DNA of 64,000 nucleotides from an uncultured delta proteobacterium (GTDB lineage Bacteria; Myxococcota; Kuafuiibacteriia; Kuafuiibacteriales; Kuafuiibacteriaceae): NCBI GenBank assembly GCA_963803435.1, contig CAWDML010000005.1, positions 192,001 to 256,000 of the forward strand, read 5' to 3'. Shown piece by piece: positions 63,601 to 64,000 of this stretch (position 1 is its first letter; each line of letters starts with the position of its first letter). The notes under the pieces were generated by a model. It saw only the letters and a program-made list of their open reading frames with translations, ran no database searches and was not told where the DNA came from. The position numbers and the translations under genes were made by a program.

Positions 63601-64000
63601 GTGTCGTCGACCGGCAAAGAGGCGCGCGCGGACTTCCAGCCCGAAGGCGCCCTCGAGCTGAGCCTCGGCGGCGGCGCCTTCATCGCCTCCAAGCAGCACG
63701 AGCTGTACGACTCGCGGCTCGGGCCCCAGGTGCCGTTCCGTCAGCCCGGCTTCGATCTCAACCTCGGCCTGGCGCTATTTCCGATCCAGTACGTCGGCGT
63801 CGGCGTCGAGGCCGGCTTCGTCCCGCTCCGCACCGAGAACGACAAGCGCGCCTTCATGTACGCGTTCCGCGCGCACGGGATCGTTCAGTTCCCTTGGATC
63901 GTAACGCCGTACGTTCTGGTCGGCGGCGGCACGATGGGCGTCGGCTCCGGGCGGAAGACGCTGGGGACCGACTTCGATCGCGCGTTCCACTGGGGCCTCG
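60655..64000 (+). CDS. Large surface protein: BNR/Asp-box propeller, Cys-rich repeats, internal MYXO-CTERM-like segment, then OmpA-like beta-barrel (3'-truncated; absent from ORF track)
   Basis: GTG 60655 and signal peptide ending ARA; SxDxGxTW-like boxes x6; CGDG...CDDGN..GDCCS; CDDG..CT.D.C repeats; CECS...WSLLGFLAVALLARRRR; no stop seen in the stretches translated, up to the window end. Confidence 0.85.
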   Translation, partial: MTSPRAHPVVPLFVVCVLLWAPLEARADPFGPSMVVNTNAGFDVGADFSPEIAIDGLDTLVAVWTSTDALGGPLGTDADVLYARSPDRGLTWSAPAPLSLGAFSDTADDRNPTIATDGAGTYVVVWESTDPMGGAIGSDRDLLFVRSTDFGVTWSPAQPLNTNAAVDSGDDLAPRIATDRAGGWMVVWASTDPLGGALGSDSDILMSLSVDMGATWSPPASIASNAATDSGADTKPVVASDEPGAWIVAWTSDDPLGGALGTDTDILFARSTDRGTTWSAVAPLNQNAATDTGNDDAVNLAANGAGRWVAVWQSFEPLPWGPDGDILVARSANDGAAWTAPNALYSFSLIELGDEFDPRIVTDRAGTWMVVWWREDSLPGSSSSDVDVLLAQSTNNGSTWIGPEPINLDAISDSGSDHHPVIGTNRVGDWVAVWSSDESLGGTVGTDLDIFIALQICGDGVRRNTEQCDDGNTLDGDCCSSTCQLVASGTLCRAAAGLCDVPETCDGVSGLCPADGVAAAAAVCRPAAGACDLAEVCDGITVGCPADSVLPDGVACLDGATCNGSERCSNGVCVLGSPLSCDDGDACTADACFEPGGCGASPISGCCSDDSDCDDANACTTNVCSGPGGTCSLSTIAGCCNNAGDCDDGDPCTVEVCSGPGGTCSSSLITGCCLADAECDDGSDCTTDACDPTQNTCVFQPIAGCCTDDADCDDSNGCTIDSCDLSTGTCVRAPVGGCCVSNADCDDGDPCTMEQCLFSTCTSTVVAGCCAVDAECGSGSLCRVDQCSPLTNRCQELVVAGCCTTDADCDPLTGCNAMTCDAPSSTCVPAVVAGCCTFDSECDDLDPCTFDTCDATACRHEAIPDCPAPAPDGGTDAGLDAGLDATDDAGGPDGADVGTPEDAGASPDAAEAPDAGRAAPDATPDAGGFVLDDDSCECSSTSSRATSPAWSLLGFLAVALLARRRRSPRRPARWPAVGIALIVSSTGKEARADFQPEGALELSLGGGAFIASKQHELYDSRLGPQVPFRQPGFDLNLGLALFPIQYVGVGVEAGFVPLRTENDKRAFMYAFRAHGIVQFPWIVTPYVLVGGGTMGVGSGRKTLGTDFDRAFHWGL

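Noticed and set aside
58453-63699. 1748-aa minus-strand ORF as a giant histidine kinase
   Set aside because: Only the last ~670 aa are kinase; the rest is the codon-aligned antisense shadow of the plus-strand gene at 60655-64000

Overview
High-GC, gene-dense bacterial chromosome segment with a myxobacterial (Myxococcota-like) gene complement: three Ser/Thr kinases, an FHA-sigma54 activator, MYXO-CTERM proteins and Cys-rich repeats. I saw no rRNA, tRNA, CRISPR array or recognisable transposase. Main points: (1) an orphan type-III-secretion-like module at 5.3-9.0 kb (needle-like protein with a long Gly-rich N-terminal extension, TPR chaperone-like protein, possible FlgM-like anti-sigma, FliA/WhiG sigma factor, inner-rod-like protein) with two matching GCAAC-N14/15-GCCGATAA sigma28-type promoters and no export-apparatus genes; (2) scattered signal-peptide-less, effector-like genes with cell-wall-lytic or membrane-active C-terminal domains; (3) a thioester-less alpha-2-macroglobulin/pbpC locus with a 1698-aa partner; (4) a stand-alone ZZ-histone-type zinc domain, a bacterial AAC4-like lipoprotein, and a surface-protein/MYXO-CTERM/beta-barrel polyprotein that the ORF track missed; (5) three sets of phased operator repeats. 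Many genes carry frameshifts or in-frame TGA stops. Nine of these fall on GATC read as GATTC/GAATC/GATT, which suggests modification-induced basecalling errors rather than true pseudogenes. All family assignments are by-eye motif recognition, not database hits.
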